A stretch of 64,000 nt of DNA from Oscillospiraceae bacterium (lineage in GTDB: Bacteria; Bacillota; Clostridia; Oscillospirales; Acutalibacteraceae). The first letter of the stretch is position 1, and every line of letters starts with the position of its first letter. Positions 61,063 through 64,000 of this stretch are shown in pieces. The notes under the pieces are model-generated. The model ran no database searches. It was given only the letters and a program-made list of their open reading frames with translations, and was not told the origin of the DNA. The stretch is taken from contig JAKVJJ010000006.1 in NCBI GenBank assembly GCA_022487055.1, positions 3,688 to 67,687 on the forward strand, written 5' to 3'. The translations under genes were made by a program, and so were the position numbers.

Positions 61063-61948
61063 GAAAGGCGGGGAATCTCTTTATGCCAAACGCAGGAGAC
61101 CGACAGACACGGCGCTGAAATTTCTGATTTATTTTGCGGCCGCGGTGACGGTTACTATTGTTGTGGGCATTATTCTTTATATTTTAATTGAGGGAATTCC
61201 GCACATCACATGGAAGTTCCTCTCCACCAGTTATTCCGCATTGGATACCAGCCGGCAGGGTATTCTGCCGATGATTCTCAATACGCTGTACATCGTGATA
61301 CTGACACTGCTGATTTCGGTGCCTGTGGGCATCTGCTCGGCCATTTATCTGACGCAATACGCACGCCGCGGCAGGTTGGTGCGTACCATTGATTTTACAA
61401 CGGAAGTGCTTTCCGGTATTCCGTCCATTATTTTCGGCCTGTTCGGTTATACCGTTTTTTGTGTTCTTTTCCGGCTGCAGACCAGTATCCTTGCGGGCAG
61501 CCTGACCATGGCCATCTGCATTTTGCCGACGATTATCCGCACCACAGAGGAGTCGCTGCTTTCGGTGCCGTCTTCTTATAAAGAGGGTGCTATGGCGCTG
61601 GGGGCAGGCAAACTGCATGTGATTGGCGGCATCGTGCTGCCGTGTGCCATGCCCGGTGTGCTGACAGGCGTTATCCTTGCAGTCGGCCGGATTGTGGGGG
61701 AAAGCGCCGCACTGCTGTTCACTTCCGGCCTGGGTTTCAATATGCCCAACGGCGGCTTTGCGGGTGCCATGACGCACATTATGGAATCCGGACGCACACT
61801 GACGCTGCATCTGTATACAACGGCGATGGATTCCACCGGACCAAACACACTGAATGCGGCATTTGCCACAGCGGCAGTTCTGCTGATTATGGTGTTCCTG
61901 CTGAACCGGCTGGCAGGTCTGCTCTCAAAGACACTTAGAAAGGGATAA
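61052..61948 (+). CDS. pstA: Phosphate ABC permease PstA
   Basis: [13 protein letters not shown]; [10 protein letters not shown]. Confidence 0.94.
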   Translation: MLNEKGGESLYAKRRRPTDTALKFLIYFAAAVTVTIVVGIILYILIEGIPHITWKFLSTSYSALDTSRQGILPMILNTLYIVILTLLISVPVGICSAIYLTQYARRGRLVRTIDFTTEVLSGIPSIIFGLFGYTVFCVLFRLQTSILAGSLTMAICILPTIIRTTEESLLSVPSSYKEGAMALGAGKLHVIGGIVLPCAMPGVLTGVILAVGRIVGESAALLFTSGLGFNMPNGGFAGAMTHIMESGRTLTLHLYTTAMDSTGPNTLNAAFATAAVLLIMVFLLNRLAGLLSKTLRKG

Positions 61949-61958
61949 GGTGGATTAC

Positions 61959-62780
61959 ATGGATGCAATCAAAGCCGAGCGGGAAACTTCGGCAAAAACC
62001 GCTTATGGAGAAATTTCGGGCGGGGACAACATCAAAGTTTCCATTCAGAATTTAAATCTTTTTTACGGGGACTTTCAGGCGCTGAAGGAGCTGAGCATGG
62101 AGATACCGACAAACAGGGTGACGGCATTTATCGGGCCGTCCGGCTGCGGAAAATCCACCTGCCTCAAAACGCTCAACCGCATGAACGATTTGGTGGAGGG
62201 CTGCCGGATTTCCGGGAAAGTTACGATTGACGGAGAGGATATTTATGACCCGCGCACGGATGTGACACTCCTGCGCAAACGTGCCGGCATGGTGTTTCAG
62301 AAGCCAAATCCGTTTCCCATGAGCATCTATGACAACATTACTTACGGGCCGAAAATTCACGGCATCAAAAATAAGGCGAAGCTGGATGAAATTGTGGAAA
62401 GCAGCCTGCGCGCCGCCGCCCTCTGGGATGAGGTGAAAGACCGGCTGAAAAAAAGCGCACTGGGCATGTCCGGCGGTCAGCAGCAGCGTCTGTGCATTGC
62501 CCGTGCGCTGGCGGTGCAGCCGGATATTCTGCTGATGGATGAACCGACCAGTGCTTTGGACCCGATTTCCACACTGAAGATTGAGGACTTGATGGGCGAC
62601 CTGCGCAAAAAATACACAGTGATCATTGTCACGCACAATATGCAGCAGGCGGCCCGCATTGCCGACAATACCGCTTTCTTTTTGCTGGGGCAGCTGATAG
62701 AATATACAAATACGACGAATATGTTTAACAACCCCGCCGATGAGCGGACAGAGCGGTACATTACCGGCCGCTTTGGCTGA
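61959..62780 (+). CDS. pstB: Phosphate ABC ATPase
   Basis: [23 protein letters not shown]. Confidence 0.97.
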   Translation: MDAIKAERETSAKTAYGEISGGDNIKVSIQNLNLFYGDFQALKELSMEIPTNRVTAFIGPSGCGKSTCLKTLNRMNDLVEGCRISGKVTIDGEDIYDPRTDVTLLRKRAGMVFQKPNPFPMSIYDNITYGPKIHGIKNKAKLDEIVESSLRAAALWDEVKDRLKKSALGMSGGQQQRLCIARALAVQPDILLMDEPTSALDPISTLKIEDLMGDLRKKYTVIIVTHNMQQAARIADNTAFFLLGQLIEYTNTTNMFNNPADERTERYITGRFG

Positions 62781-62885
62781 TGAGGCTTCCCGGGCAGTGC
62801 AGCTGGTACATACGGCCTGCTGTGTTTTCGGGAAAAACAGCAGGATGCAGAACAGATATGCTATAATGAAAGGGAGCGGAATCCG

Positions 62886-63593
62886 ATGCCAAGAAAACAT
62901 TTTGACCAGGAGCTAGAGCAGCTGTCCGAAAGAATCACAGGGATGGGGGATGCCATCAATGACCGCATCGTGTCCACCGTCAAGGCTCTACGCACAGGCG
63001 ATGCAGACACCGCACAGCGGGTGGCGGAAAATGACAGCGACGTTGACCGCATGGAGCATGAAAATGAAAAACTCTGCATGAATCTGATTGCAAGTCAGCA
63101 ACCGCTCGCCAGTGACCTGCGCATCATTGCGGCAAGCTTAAAAATTCTGACAGACATGGAGCGTGTGGCAGACCAGTGCGCCGACATCTGTGAAATTCTG
63201 ACAACCAGCGGTGTGCCTGACAGCCAGAGCCTGCCGGTCAATCACATTGTAAGTGCCTTGCTGAAAGTGCAGGATATGTTCACCGGCGCTATGGATGTTT
63301 ACCTGAGCCGCGATGTCAAACGCGCGGAGCAGATTTGTGCGGCGGACGATGAGGTGGACGCTGCGTTTGGCAGAATTGTGCTTGAGGTGGCCTCTGCTCT
63401 TACGCAGAAGCCGGAGAATGTCATGCAGGATGTTGACCTGCTCTTTATTATCAAATATGTGGAGCGTATCGGCGACCATGCCACCAATATTGCGGAATGG
63501 GTGATTTATATGGTCACTGGCGAACATCCTGACCTGAATGAGGGAGAAGAAACACCCGCCGGCCATATTCCGCATACGCCTGAAACCTTGTAA
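62886..63593 (+). CDS. phoU: Phosphate signalling protein PhoU
   Basis: QQPLASDLR, ERVAD, ERIGDHATNIAE. Confidence 0.96.
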   Translation: MPRKHFDQELEQLSERITGMGDAINDRIVSTVKALRTGDADTAQRVAENDSDVDRMEHENEKLCMNLIASQQPLASDLRIIAASLKILTDMERVADQCADICEILTTSGVPDSQSLPVNHIVSALLKVQDMFTGAMDVYLSRDVKRAEQICAADDEVDAAFGRIVLEVASALTQKPENVMQDVDLLFIIKYVERIGDHATNIAEWVIYMVTGEHPDLNEGEETPAGHIPHTPETL

Positions 63594-63627
63594 AAGAGAT
63601 AGTTTTCCATTGAAGGAGGCTGCGCCT

Positions 63628-64000
63628 ATGTCATTGATTTATATTGCGGATGATGAGCTGAATATTCGTAAGCTGGTGGCTTTTGGGTTGAAAGACGCGG
63701 GATTTGAAACCAGTGAGTTTCCGGATGGGACAACGCTGCTGCAGGCAGTGCACCAGCGCCGTCCGGACGCAGTGCTGCTGGACTGGATGATGCCCGATAT
63801 GGATGGGCTGCAGGTATGCCGGAAACTGCGGGAAGACGAACACACACGCGCGGTGCCTATTCTGATGCTGACCGCAAAGAGCGAGGAAATTGACAAAGTG
63901 CTGGGCCTTGAAATGGGTGCCGATGACTACATAACCAAGCCATTCGGCATTAAGGAATTGTGTGCCCGGGTGCGTGCTGTCCTCCGGCGTGCGAACCGGC
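63628..64000 (+). CDS. phoP: OmpR-family response regulator (PhoP/PhoB), truncated by window end
   Basis: ATG at 63628 after AAGGAGG; YIADDE, LLDWMMP, GADDYITKPF. Confidence 0.9.
   Translation, partial: MSLIYIADDELNIRKLVAFGLKDAGFETSEFPDGTTLLQAVHQRRPDAVLLDWMMPDMDGLQVCRKLREDEHTRAVPILMLTAKSEEIDKVLGLEMGADDYITKPFGIKELCARVRAVLRRANR

Overview
About 50% GC chromosomal DNA from a Clostridia/Oscillospiraceae-like bacterium (lineage inferred from gene content). Most of the window is housekeeping or metabolic: ABC transporters, GSIII, ftsH, galK-galT-galE, PNP, pyrBI, citrate synthase, pta, the pstSCAB-phoU-phoP operon and five tRNAs. The most interesting part is an AT-rich island at 1-5480, abutting the 3' end of tRNA-Arg(CCG). 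It carries four co-oriented candidate anti-phage genes: an AbiJ-like HEPN protein, a second HEPN-like protein, an NDT/TIR-like protein, and a 690-aa UG/Abi-type reverse transcriptase with a C-terminal HEPN-like motif. These genes are separated by related dif-/attC-like imperfect repeats and lie downstream of a single outboard promoter, suggesting a cassette-style defence array. Elsewhere there are three unannotated sRNA candidates (44.5, 45.7 and 47.1 kb), a 26-aa Cys-rich peptide beside a copper-storage gene, an ANTAR-like glnA leader, and several phage scars, mostly near tRNAs. All family assignments come from reading motifs by eye; no database search was run.
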